64,000 bases of DNA from Takakia lepidozioides (lineage: Eukaryota > Plantae > Bryophyta), in contig CM060734.1 of assembly GCA_030704615.1 (NCBI GenBank), forward strand, positions 28,520,001-28,584,000. The letters are read 5' to 3'. Each line of letters opens with the position of its first letter. Within the stretch, counting starts at the first letter, position 1. Of this stretch, positions 1-12,492 are shown one piece after another. The translations under genes were made by a program, and so were the position numbers. Below the pieces are notes generated by a model. That model did no database searches. It worked only from the letters and a program-made list of their open reading frames with translations, and was not told the DNA's origin.

Positions 1-639
1 CAGAATCTTTGTGGATGACATAGCACAGGAGGTCGAGACTGATTCTGATGACTGTGACTTGATATGAAGTTTTCTTTTGGTTTTATTCGGGGCCAAATTT
101 GAAATGGGATGGTTGTTTGTCCTTGTTGTCCTGTTTGCAATGTGTGCGTGGAATGCACATTCATGGGAACAAACTATTGTTGGAGAGGGGGTTGCATGGA
201 CTGCCCGGATTGTTCCTTCAATCTATTTAGTGTTTTTGTGGACCTCACATGACTTGAGTGCATTGCAAAACAAACAAACAACTTTGGTTCGTGTAGAGCA
301 TTCTCGCATCATTTGTTGCTCGTTGGTCTCCAAACCATTCCTGCTAGAAGAATGGTTGGTGAATCCATCACGGTGAAGTCCACCTCATCAAAGAGCGTTC
401 AGGCATTCTCAAATCTAATGAGCATCCATGATGCTCCCGCACATACCTGGCATATTCGCAAGGGTGGTGTGTAAGAAAAGATTTCGCAGGGATCCGCTTT
501 AGATGATGTCAGTGTGCACCTCCTCACGACGTACCCACATAAACTTGTGAGGGCTTGGTATGTTGATAACGTCTGGATGGATGCAATGGATACAATGGAT
601 GTAACATATCCACTCTGCATTCCCGGGAAATGGCTGATC

Positions 640-772
640 AACCCGCGGAAATAGGTGACACCCGCGGAAATAGGCCCTGTATGCATGCTGACGTGGTGTG
701 AGCCTGTGCTGGGCTCACGGTTTCCTGGGCTCACAGGCTCACGCCTCCAGGCTCACGGAATAGCACCCCCCC
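640..772. repeat. Probable terminus of an unidentified transposon extending left of the window
   Basis: Short subterminal-type repeats (acccgcggaaatagg x2, ggctcac x4) ending in ggaatagcaccccccc; partner end not seen. Confidence 0.3.
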
Positions 773-1249
773 TTGAGGCTTATGAACTCGTTGTTGCAGA
801 GTAAAAGTTTGTCGACTGTAACATGTGCTAATGGCCTCAGCTTTGAACTCAAGGGTTTCTTCAAACATTATGACTTTAGATGCAAACCTGGTTTTTACAA
901 GAGTCTTCAGCTTGCGAGGCTGTAGGCCAGCCGTCAGAGTCTATGCATGCTTTATCCCATTCTTGTCGACCATTTCCAGATTTCTTTGTCCAAGTAATAG
1001 TCTTTTGTAGCATCCTTGATCGAGACCTCCCTAAATTTCAATGAGGATAAGGACGGCGGCCCCACCAGCGGAACTATGGTGTCCAACCAGCAGAATTTGG
1101 TGTGTTGCTTGCAAGCTGCTTTGGATTACGCCTGTGGTTTGGCAGCCATACAATCAAATGGCACATGTTTCTTGTTGTTGTGTCTCTCTACAACAAACGG
1201 ATCCACTGTACATATTCTGCCCCAACAGGTCATATCCACCTATACCATA

Positions 1250-2036
1250 CTAATCACAGCAGATGTGAAGCTTCTCAGTGGCAACTCTTCTTTCATGATT
1301 AAAGACACTACCCTGGCGGATCTGGAAAAGGGTAATGAGGTCCATGGCGACATCTTTAGAGCTGGAATTGTACCAATTGTCATTCTGAACAATACCTTGA
1401 TGGACATGTATGCAAAATGTGGGTGTATGGAGGATACAAAGGGAGCGTTTGACACTACAGCTGAATGAGATTTGGTGTCGTGGAATGCGATGCTTGCAGG
1501 TTTTGCTGTAGTTGTACCAAATGTAATTTTGCACACTGCCCTGACAGATCTGGAAAATGGCAAAGAGGTCCATGGCGACATCTTCAGAACTGGAATTGTA
1601 CCTCATTCTGAACAATACCCTGGGGGACATGTATGCAAAATGTGGGTGCATCGACGATGTAAAGGGAGTGTCTGACACTATGGCTGTCGTGAAATGCAAT
1701 CCTTGCAGGTCCTGGCCCAGTTGTACCAAATGTCACTCTACACACTGCCTTGACAGATCTGAGAAATGGCAAATGTCCATGGCGACATATTCAGAGCTGG
1801 AATTGTACCAACTGTCATTCTGAACAATACCCTGGTGGACATGTATGCAAAATGTGGGTGCATCGACGATGCAAAGGGAGTGTTTGACACTATGGCTGAA
1901 TGAGTTGTGGTGTCGTGGAATGCGATGCTTGCAGGTTTTGCCGTAGTTGTACCAAATATCACTCTGCACACTGCCCTGGCAGATCTGGGAAAGGGCAAAG
2001 AGGCCTTCAGAGCTGGTTTTGCTGTAGTTGTACCTA
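1250..2036 (+). pseudogene. PLS-class PPR protein pseudogene, PPR-motif part
   Basis: Repeated translations LEKGKEVHGDIFRAGIV..NNTL(M/V)DMYAKCGC..D.KG.FD....(*)..VSWNAMLAGFA are typical PLS PPR motifs; in-frame stops and frameshifts; about 3.3 DNA-level copies of a ~210-230 bp unit. Confidence 0.9.
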
Positions 2037-2810
2037 ACACTCATGACAACCAACCAAGGGAAGTAACTCTACCTGCTGCATATGCTATCTCCCGTGCTTT
2101 CCATTCCACCTATCAGCTCACGTGGTATGCAGTTGGATTAACGAACCCTGTAATGCCTGCATGTTCTTACCATAATGACTAGACTGAACTGACAGGGCAC
2201 AACAGCTGGCTGACCACACCTCAAGGAACACGCCGTTGGACACCGCATCCATACAACTCAGATATGAAGGCACCCCCCCTGCACAAGAAATTGCCTCCCA
2301 CCCCCTTAAGGCATGTTCTCGCCCCTATTAGATGTAAATCTGGCCTCAGACAACCTGTTCTTGTTCCAAATCCTATGAATTACTGCTCCCATCATGTTTG
2401 TTATTCGAGAGCTTTTGCCCTCATCTCCATTGCTGTGAAACATCCGTCTCCACTCACTGATCAAATGTTTTCTTTTGCTGAAAGTATTGTGAATTGCTGC
2501 TACCCACAGATCTATCACTCAAGAGCTTCTGCCCTTATCACCACTGCTGTGAATTACCTCTTCCCGCATCGTGATCAAGTGTTTGTTCAATTTACAAAAA
2601 CTGTGAATTGTTGTTCCAGCTCACTTATTTGTCACTTAAGGGCCTTTGCCCTCGATACCATTGATCTAAAATACATTTATCTAGATATTCATATACAGGC
2701 CTCACTACCGTTATCTCCCCCACAGTGCTCTTCCATGCTATTTTCTTGAACGATTGACACTCAACACATTACCACTCTCTTATGCAAGATACTCAGAACT
2801 ATTGGCTATC

Positions 2811-2960
2811 TTGGGAAAATGCTACCTCAGGAAATTGTTACCTCTGGATATTGTTACCTCGGGAAAATGGTACCTCTGGAAAATGTTACCTTTGCGGAAA
2901 CGCTACCTTGGGAATGTGCCACCTTGGGAAAATGCTACCTTGGAAAATGTGTTACCTCGG
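2811..2960. repeat. Tandem array of a ~16-bp unit (GGAAAATGYTACCTYG), about 9 degenerate copies
   Basis: Directly visible. Confidence 0.8.
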
Positions 2961-3169
2961 GCCCCTTCAAAAATGATTCGGGTATACTGGTTACCATGGG
3001 AAGGTCCTCCTTCCTACTTTTGCTATACAATGCACCTCACCTGTTGGGGTTCATGCAACTCTGGAAATCACTCTGGACATCACTTTGGACTTGGACATCA
3101 CTTTGAAAATCACTTCGAAAATCACTTCACATGTAAACTTCCATATTTCTCTCCCCAAGTCATGATTTT

Positions 3170-3199
3170 AACCCTATTTTAATTAATTCTGGACTTTTG
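3170..3199 (+). repeat. Left TIR aaccctattttaattaattctggacttttg
   Basis: Reverse complement of 22251-22280 with 2 mismatches. Confidence 0.92.
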
Positions 3200-3599
3200 G
3201 CTTAAATCCGGACTAAACTTAATATATATTTGTATTAAATTTAATTGAAATATTAATAATATCATGGTGTAATGTGTGATTGAACTTTGTGAAATTTCAA
3301 GTGATGTCATACTTGTTTCAAAATGTGTCATAGAAGAGGTCCATTTGACATTGAAGTGCTCAATGTGAAGTAGCAGTATTGAACAATTCATTGAACGTCC
3401 ACTTGGAAGTCGAATAAAGTAATATTCCATTGCAGGATCATGATAAACAAATGGGTCACATCGAACATGGGCCAAACTCGTACTCTACCATACTCGATAC
3501 AACTTGCTAGTAATTTTATTGATTGAATCTTCATATGAAGCACAATGTTCATATACCACGCCATTGGAATGAATCATGTTTTGGATGTGACAAGGGCAG

Positions 3600-4620
3600 T
3601 AAAATATTAGAATAGCATGAAGCATTCGGAAGAGGTACTAGGGTAGTACAATAAGGTTTGGGGTGTAACTAGATAAAAGTGTAATAAGGTTTGGGTTTAC
3701 AGTAAGGGTAAGGGTTTAGGGTTTGGATTTAGGGTACAAAAAGACAAACAAATATGATGGACTCACACTCGGTAGAATTAAGAAATGGTTGAGGAATTTG
3801 ATATCCCTGTAATCATTCTATCATACCTTATCCAACAAAAAAAAATATTAAAAGAGCATGAAACATTGAGAAGATGTAACATGGTAGTACAATAAGGTTT
3901 GGAGTGTAACTAGGGTAGTACACTAAAGTTATTGGTTTATGGTAAGATTAATGGTTTAGGGGTGATGGTAAAGGTAGGGTTTTCGGTTTGGGTTTAAGAA
4001 CACTATTGGACAAACAAATATGGAAGACTCACAGTCGCTAAAACTTGGTGTGTGTTAGAAGGATATAAAATAAATAAAAATGGAAACAAATATTATGGAA
4101 GAGTCATTGGGCCGGAGAAGTATTTAGATTGAGGATTCGTCCTTGGAACCTGGTATTAAAATACATATGGTTATGGTATGGATACTTCATTCCCAGTTGC
4201 AGGGGAAGGGTAAGGGTTTAGACGTAACAATGGCGTAGGGTTTTCCTTAGGGTTTTCGACGAGGGTTTAGGGCTTGGGTTGAAGGCAGAAATGGTGAGCA
4301 TACATGCGGGAAGATTCGCACTCGCTACAACTTAGTGTGTGTTAGTATGGTACAAAATGGAAATTTGGTTACATTGAGATTTGGATAACAAAATGGTTAT
4401 TATGGTATGGATAGTTGAAAGAGAAAGGGTTCTGGGGTATTGGGTTAAGGTAAATGTTTAGGGTTTTCTAGTAAGGGTTTAGGGTTTAGGGTTTTTGTTT
4501 AAGTTACAAAATAGACAAACACTAAGTCTTATGGAAAACTCCAGACTTCGCTAGAACTTAGTGTTGTTAATAGGGTACTAGTAAGCAAAAAAAAAAAATG
4601 AAGAACCTAATATTATGGAC
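3600..4620. repeat. Degenerate ~240-290 bp subterminal repeats rich in TTTAGGG-like motifs
   Basis: Recurring gactcacactcg..aacttagtgtgtgttag blocks (~3760, 4026, 4313, 4544) and agggtttagggttt runs (~3712, 4263, 4474). Confidence 0.65.
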
Positions 4621-4773
4621 AAGTATTTAAATGAAAGACTCGTCGTTGGAACCTGGACCTAGTATTAAGATGTAACATAGAAAGCAAACTGTAACATGCC
4701 TAAATGCATGTCAATCCAAAACAAAGAAAAAAGCTAGCGCAAATGTGAAGGAGAAGACATTTCAATAACCATA

Positions 4774-4814
4774 ATGGTTATGGTTATGGTTATGGTTATG
4801 GTTATGGTTATGGT
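4774..4814. repeat. (ATGGTT)7 microsatellite
   Basis: Directly visible. Confidence 0.9.
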
Positions 4815-5499
4815 ATGAATAGATTTGGAAAGAAAATGGCGTTATATAACGACTTTTGGGAAGCGCCTGGATCTCATGGGAGAAAATGGATCTGAAGAAA
4901 ACATGAGAGAGGATAAAAAGTCAGAGAGAAATAAAAATTGCTTAAAATTTGAACAACGGAAAAGGACATGTGAAATTTCCTCTTAAACCAGGGCCAAAGA
5001 TGAGAAGTATGAAAATGAAATGAAATGAAAATTTGGTGCAGAAAAGTCGTAGAGCTTAGAGGGAAAATGGAGGAAAACCTCATAGAAAAAACTTGAGGAC
5101 TGGCAAATTGAAAAACTGTATGTCAACAACGATTGAGTAAGGCTCCTCCTAGTGGGAGACTTCAGTGGGAGAATTGGTTATGCGAAAAGCAAGTCCAATG
5201 TTTCAGAGAAGGACTGGAAAGGGGCTATTTTCTTCCGTTGTTAAAAACCTCTTTGACCGAATTTGAAGACTCCAGTGGTCGTGCCGCCCATTTTGTTCTT
5301 GTGATCTATATGTTATGTAGGCGAAACTCCCCACGGTCATCTTTGTTGACCAGGACGTACAGCAGGCCAGCATCCAGCAAACCAGAAACAAAGGACGAGA
5401 ACGTCCACTGGACATTCGAGGTTCAGTGCGACATAAGAATAACAAAAAGGATCCCCCAACGCAAACAAAAGGGCCATATAGAGAAGAAAATTTATTTCT

Positions 5500-8400
5500 T
5501 AAATCGAAGTACTGGAGTTGACCTCAACAATATGTCCTTGGTCTGGAACTCGCTCGCACGACTCGTTTTCTGACTGACGATTAGCCTCCTCCAAATTAGC
5601 GCGCGCCTTCACTGCTTCGGCGGCAGTAATTCTCTTAGTGCTATTCCTTGTCGTATTTTTTCGTGGAGGCATTGTCCACACACATTGTTCACGTGGATCC
5701 ATTGAGGAGGATCTGACGAGTTATACTCCCAAAGTTTTGACCAACAGTCCCTGTACCTTTCCAAGTCTGTTGGGTTACCACCTTTTCTCGGTCTCCACCA
5801 CTCCACCTTCACCTTCTTAAAATTAGGATCCTCCCTTTCGCGGATCACGTCAGATATTGCCACCCCATCCAGACCGGGCACGTACTTGGGTCATAAGGGC
5901 GAACGAGCACAAAACACCCTTTCTCAATATCCTTGATTCAGGGATATTCTTGGTCGCTCACACCTCGGGCCACAGTAAGGTTCTAGGATTTCATCCTCTT
6001 CTTCCACATCTGGCAATATATGTGGATGGATTCCATCTCTGTGATGATTCTTGGACCAATTTGTTTTCGGCCAGAATCCCTCAAGAAGCTGAATACGGTC
6101 GGGAGCTTCTGGAATGGCTTATCCAGCTCGGCGAGAATGTTTCCCCAGTACTGGTCGTATTGTTCCATTCGACCTCTGTAATGATCGTCAAGCATCATTC
6201 CTTTCGTCCAAAAATCCCTGTATTTTTTTATTCCATTTAATGAATGATTTTTCGGAGGAGTCGTCCCCGACTCCCCAGATAGGTCTCCTTGGAACGGCGT
6301 CTGGGTCTCCTTCAGGGAGCTTCGGAGTCCCGTCAGGATTGGACTTCCACATCTTCACGCTATTGTTTGTTGGAAGCCAATCCGAATCAGTAGCGGACTT
6401 CTTGTACTTCATGACGGGGCCAGCCCTCCGCATCCTTAAAAAAACGGAAGACGTGCATCTCCGAAATCCCGACCAACGCCTCTTTTCCATCCAGAATACA
6501 GCCCTTGACAAAATTCTTGAAGTCGGGAACCTCCTGAATAATCTGTGGAATGAACTGCAGATCTTGCGAGGTCATAAAAGACCTCATCAAATCCGAAAGA
6601 ATGTAGGTGCTTCGTTCCTTCAGCTTCTTCGAAAGGTAGCTGAAGAAACCCGTCGATGTCCTCATGGGTGTGTCCGACCATTAGGAACCCTAGCTGGATT
6701 TCTTCAAAAACATCTTTGGCGGTCAGGAGGGATAGAAAAGCAAGCATCCATCTGTTTATTGTCCTTCGCAGAGTTGTCCATTTGCAAGTACAGTCTTCTC
6801 GGAAGTGGACGAGCACCACGTTTGTCTTCCGGCCTGCAGGGTTTAAGAGCATCCAAACATCTCGATTTACCTCTTAAAAGTGATTCGAAAAACTCGTTTT
6901 GAAGTCGGTAATCGAAAATGTTCCTGGACTCGCGACAGGTTGGCTTTCTCCAGCTGGCGCAGGCAAACATGCCAAAGAACAAGTGTAAAGTTTGAATTCC
7001 CTTCCAGAACTCATGAGGATATTTCCGTGAAGCTCACAACGTATCAGGTTGGAGTGACCAGTCCCGTTTAGTGAAAATGGAAGCTGACCCAATCAAGAAA
7101 TCATCTTATTTGGAGTCTGTAGCCTTGGAACAGCTGTTTTCCTATGATCCATTTTGTCATGAATAATATAGAGAAACTCCTCCGGAATCATAACAGACTC
7201 ATTCCTCCAGCTATGGTACAGTCTTCTACACGACTCTTGGTGCCTCAAATGTCTATCAAGCGCTCGTTTGTGTGTCACCTGTTCCGCACTTCTCTTGACA
7301 GACTTCTGATCAGGTCCTTGAACATCTCACACTCCGTGCACTTCGCAAATGTACTCCCAGTTTACGAACCTCCACGTTAGGAAATATCTGACTCCGGATG
7401 CGGCTTACAGCCGACTGCGAGACTCATTGCAACCCGAAAAGTCTGTTGGTCTGTTACAATAAGGCAAGGTCAGGAAAGGAACGTCCACTGGATAGTGGAG
7501 GTTCATGAAACTAGAACCACAGTCGAAAGAGACAAAATCGAAGGGAGGATCATCCACATTGAATCAGAAAAATCTTCCAAGAAAGAAATTGAAGAATGGA
7601 GATTTCATACCTCGTTGGACTCGTCTCGTATTTGCTTCCAGTTCATTTCAGGTGGTAAGACTCTCAAAGTATCCCTCATTCCCTACCCAATGCATCTTGT
7701 CTTATGGGGCATGAGGTCAGTATTTCCGTTGACAATGGACATAATGTTACCCTCTGCCTGAAGTGTCCTTGGGCGTGGCCTCTTCACTCCACGGTTCCCA
7801 TGGAGACTTGACAACCAACCCTGTTTACTCAGCTTTTTGTACTCCATGTATGTGGACGTGCCAATTCCATGAATTGTCCACCAAGCAGTCTCACATACAC
7901 CCACACCCTCAATCGTAACGTATGCCCTGCGAGAGGTCCCTTCCAGCATGTGAAGTCGTTTCGAAACATTCAGTCCGTGTTCTCTCCTCTCATCGAAAGT
8001 GGATCCCCAAAACAAAGTACGGATAGCCAAGGTTTTTTGCCAATCGAAATATTGACAGCAGTGAAGTCTGCAACAAGGTTTGCTGCTCACGAACCGGACT
8101 TCTTCCAGAGTAAGATTCTTCATTCTTTTTTTGGAGTGTTCCAAATCTCGATCCTTCTTCTTTCTCGTAAAATGCCGATACGCCGCTTTTATCACACCTA
8201 CCTCGTGATCTTCGTACAAGATACTGTCAGAGGATCTAATAAAATTCTCCAGATCATTTGAGAGTAGTCTCCCACTTTCCAAAAGTCGTGTTTTTGTTAA
8301 AGGCCATTTTACAAGAGACATCAAAGATCCAGAACCTCCAGAAAGTATTCTGGTGACAAGAACTCCAACATCATCCTCTCCCAGTTTGTCATTGAGGATC

Positions 8401-8696
8401 ACCTCGTCCGGAATGCAGGCTTGAATCCTCCCCTCGAATAGTGCACCCCCATCATCACCCAACAGTACGCACTGCAAGTTTCTCCAGTTGTTTCTTCCGA
8501 GTCCTCCGCTCGGATTCCCGGAACTCTTCGATGGTCTGTGGTTTGATTCATCCTCGTCGACGTCAAAAGTCTCGGTAGTATCTCTTGTCTCCGGCATAAA
8601 ATCAGGATTCATGTCAGGCCCTCCTTGATACTCGTTATTCTCCGCAAGAACTTCGCCAACATTCCACATCACCGGGGTCCCAATGGCCTCCTTCAA
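5500..8696 (-). pseudogene. Sola-like (DUF7869-type) DDD transposase, frameshifted
   Basis: Concatenated frames give PCCRLHCC..VCETAWWTIHGI..LHGNRG..DLMPH (7683-8696), FAKCTEC, HLRHQESCR, IIHDKMD (~7150), LYLQMDNSAKDNK(N) (~6770), FLMVGHTHEDIDGFFS (~6660); several frameshifts and stops. Confidence 0.8.
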
Positions 8697-11383
8697 GGTG
8701 TCAGCATCCTATGTCCATAAGGAGAGGACATAATGAGTGTGCTTCATCACAGGAGATGAGAACCACTGAAATTGTTGAGGAAGATAATTGTTGTCCATGA
8801 CTGGTCCCTGCGACCCCGGAGACATTAAGGTAGTTCCCAGTGGGAGATGAAGACCCGGGAAGAGTAATAAACACTCTTTGACCCGTCTCTAAGATCATGA
8901 TCACCGGAACCTCCACTGCACATGCGAGGTTCAAGAAACTGAAAACCCCTCCGTGAAGACCTTACTGACAGTAATAAGCAGTATGAGTGAAGACTATATT
9001 CAGAGATGAATCAATTCAATAAAAGGAAATACACTCGCGTATGAACGTTTCAAAGAAGTAGAATAGAAATGGAATTGTTGTTTGGTCTGGAACATGTCAT
9101 TTGAAGATTGTGTCTAATTATATAACCTCCACTGTACAGTGGGGTTAGATGAGATACAGATGATGAAAAAGTCGGACGGATGAATATTAGTGGATGAACA
9201 TGGTTACGTGGATGAATAATTGTAATGACGGATGGATATAAGCATTGACGAGACTGTCCAATGGAGGTCCACGACTTGAGGTATAACGAAATACAGAAAT
9301 TGGAGAGTATTGGACTGTAATTTCTAAACATGCAATGACAAATAAGTAGATTTCCTGTAGAGTATCGAAAACACATAGATGTCTCAACATTTTCTACGGG
9401 TGAAAATGCAGTTCACATGAGAGATTATGGAAATTCAGAGAGTTACACCTGCGATAGCCACAGAGGTACAGGATGCTCAGAGAGGTGCAGTATGGGAAGC
9501 GAGGTGGGAGATGACCAGAGAGGTGCGAGAAACACAATCTCCAAGTGAGAGGTATGGAGATAGAAGTTTGAACAGTTTGCACTCATACCTTATATAGAGG
9601 TGGAAACCAGGTTGCCCGTTGGAACTCCTCCAATGGGATAGTGCGATACATTGTCTCGCGGATCGATTTCCGTCCGCCGTTGATATCCGATATGGCCACA
9701 ATCGAACGGTTCTAGATGGTGCAGGAGTGCACTCTTTGACCGATTTCGGAAAAGAGTGTCCTTTACTGGTAGATCCCTATGTAACAATTATGATGCCAGA
9801 AAGATAACGGCCGATAACGGTGGTTCAATGGTTTCGCACTCGTGCTTATAAAGCAGTACGTATTTCGCATTCAATGTTGTCCAAGTGGATGATGGCCTAA
9901 CACCGATGACAAGCGTTTCATGAAATCGTGCAGCTATGACACTCGGCCGAGAATGTGGCAGGCGTAAATGAGTGACAGAGGAAATATTCCAAGCCTTAAT
10001 CCGCCGAATGTAGACATGGTCAGGAGCAATAATTCCCAGCGGCAAAAACGCCGCAAGAGGATCTAACTTGTACATTTCACTTGTACATTCATTTAGTCAC
10101 GTGTGGGGTGTGGGAAATATCCCGCGGGGTTATAATTGATGATCTTGTGCAAGGGATCATTAACATCATATTTTCTCGTTCATTCATCTGTTTTTTCATT
10201 TCATCTAGTCATTCGTAAAATGGATGGATAGAATGAAATGGATGAATTGGATGACATTTGCATGGATGTTGGATGGAACACGCGCGACCGTTCGATTTCG
10301 AAAGGACGCAATGGTTCAGATCCTTTGCGACGGCACCATATAAGGGGTGTGGTCGTTCAGCCCACCCTTTCGCCACTCCATTGTGTACGCGAAAGCGCTG
10401 CGGAAGTGGTAAGACCGACTAGTGCTAGAAAAGAGAGAGTTTTGAAGAGGGGAGAGCGTGAAGAGCAGAGACTGTGTTGTGCAGGGTGTCGTGAGAGCTG
10501 AGAGAAGAGAGCGTGCAATTCAGTGCAGCATGAGAGTGCAGTGGAGGAAAGGAAGCAGACAGCGGATTCAAGTGCAGACAGGAGACGGGAAGGAAGCAGA
10601 GCGTAAGGGAGAGCGGAGCGGAGGGGTGGAAGCTTAAGGGTCAGGCGTTTCAGGTCAGCAACAGGGGCACCGAAATGGCTCACGCATCTAGCAGGTAATG
10701 TTCTCGTTTACGCATGTGGTTTGATGTCATTCTCTCTTGCTCGCTTGTCGTTATCTCATTCTCTCTTTGTTCTGTTTGTTGATTTGCTTTTCTTTTTGTT
10801 TTGCTGTTGCTTTTGTTGGTCAGCATCGCCCACGTCGCTGTTGGTTTGCTTCTCTTCCTCACTCGATTTCATTCCAGAGGTTATAGAGCACCATTGGATT
10901 CTTGCATGTCGCGTTTCGTGAGTGTGTTATCTTGTCTGATGCGGAGCATCTATTTTCCATTCATGTGGTTCCAAAGCTGTTTCAATTAGTTTGAATTGAT
11001 TAAAGCTGTTTAGGTGTTTCAATGCATTGCTGCTTCTCTGCTGGTGGTTTGTATGGTGGTTGGTATGGGTGGTTTGTGGTCCTGGTTTACTGGTGCTGCT
11101 GGATTATTAGGGTTATGGATTAGGGTTATGGCGGGTTAGGATCATGGTTTATAGCGATTTTTTTTCCGAATTTCCGATATTTGATAACGGGTTTTTCTTC
11201 GAGGCTAGGCTACTCTAGTAGACTAGTCTCCGTAGACCACTAGACCTCTAGTAGACCTCCATAAACTCCGACAGGACAAACCACACGAACCTCGCCTGCC
11301 CAGTGGAGGTTCCTGCGTGTTACTATGCCAAGGCACAACATAAGGATGTATTGAGATAGACTTATGTCGGTTCCTCCCCTGCG

Positions 11384-11950
11384 TTGATTTTTTGTTCTGT
11401 CAGTATAAAAAGAACGGGCGTAGGAGTGCACACGGTGGCCAAAGATGGTTCTAAGACCGTCGTCGACATCTGTAAGAGAAGACAGAATCCGATAAGCATC
11501 AACGAATTACTGGTTGTATCGAAAACAAAAACCTTCAAGAAAAGATCTGAGAATCAAATATCAGATGTGGGCTCTGACGTGCGAACCTTCATAAATCCGG
11601 GCACTGACGAATCAATGTTCGAGGGAGTTATTCGACGGGAGACAACGGAGGAAAAAGAGGAAGAGAAAGATGAAAGTGATGAGTGTAATCTTCAGTCTGA
11701 TTCAGATAATGACATTTATGTAGGAGATAGTGAACAGTACCCGGAATCTGTCCTTCCGTCCTCTCCAGGATACACTCCTCACTCTCCTCAGTATGCAGTC
11801 CTTGTAAATTCTCCAGAATATGTCCCTGCAGATTCTCCTCAGTACATCCCTGGAGATTCTCCAGAATACATCTCTGGAGATTCTCCGACATATACCCCTA
11901 GAGAGTACTCCCCTGAAACCTTGAGGATGATTCGAGAGAGCCTCCGGTAG
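11384..11950 (+). CDS. Acidic protein or exon with RNA Pol II CTD-like Y-x-P-x(x)-S-P repeats
   Basis: SPGYTPHSPQY..SPEYVPADSPQYIPGDSPEYISGDSPTYTPREYSP at 11762-11917; start codon uncertain. Confidence 0.55.
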   Translation: MIFCSVSIKRTGVGVHTVAKDGSKTVVDICKRRQNPISINELLVVSKTKTFKKRSENQISDVGSDVRTFINPGTDESMFEGVIRRETTEEKEEEKDESDECNLQSDSDNDIYVGDSEQYPESVLPSSPGYTPHSPQYAVLVNSPEYVPADSPQYIPGDSPEYISGDSPTYTPREYSPETLRMIRESLR

Positions 11951-12492
11951 TTATTGTAGATACAAGAAAATGAAAAGATGAAACTCATCTTACAAAATAA
12001 TATCGATTTCTTGTAGAAATTATGTATTCGTTGTAGGAACAATTTTGAGACCGCATGATGTATGGAATGGCGAGACGAGCCTTCTCTGAATAAATGTATT
12101 ATTCTTCTTATAAGTGAAATCGTTTTTTCCTCCTGAATTGAATTCTTTTATATGTCAGCTATGAGCGTGTGAATTGTTGAACCTCCACTGGACAGTGGAG
12201 GTTACTGTCCTGGGAATCTTGTATGGTTATCATGATAGGTGTCTGACGACCGAGGTGGTTTATTCTGTGGACAACAACATCACCCCGAGGGATTGTATTG
12301 TTGGAATGTGCAAACCTATATGTGGTTCATTGTTTTATCGAAAATCTCCGAATTTCAAGAATGATCACCTGGCAATTTTTGAGCTGAGAGATCACAGAAT
12401 GGGGCATTGTACCCGTTGGCACACCTCCGGACCATAAGTTCCGGTTCCAATACAAGATTGGTGTAGAGGTCGCCGAGCTCAAATATGCAGAT

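Noticed and set aside
3168-3175. piggyBac signature TTAA-CCCT
   Set aside because: No TTAA at the right junction, and the empty site is TTTTAC.
3655-4500. True or interstitial telomere array
   Set aside because: Only short scattered TTTAGGG runs inside a transposon arm.
6114-6902. 262-aa plus-strand ORF
   Set aside because: Antisense shadow of the transposase core; no recognisable motifs.
9590-10075. Minus-strand ~160-codon frame with one internal stop inside the giant element
   Set aside because: No recognisable motif; it could be additional cargo but cannot be supported from sequence alone.
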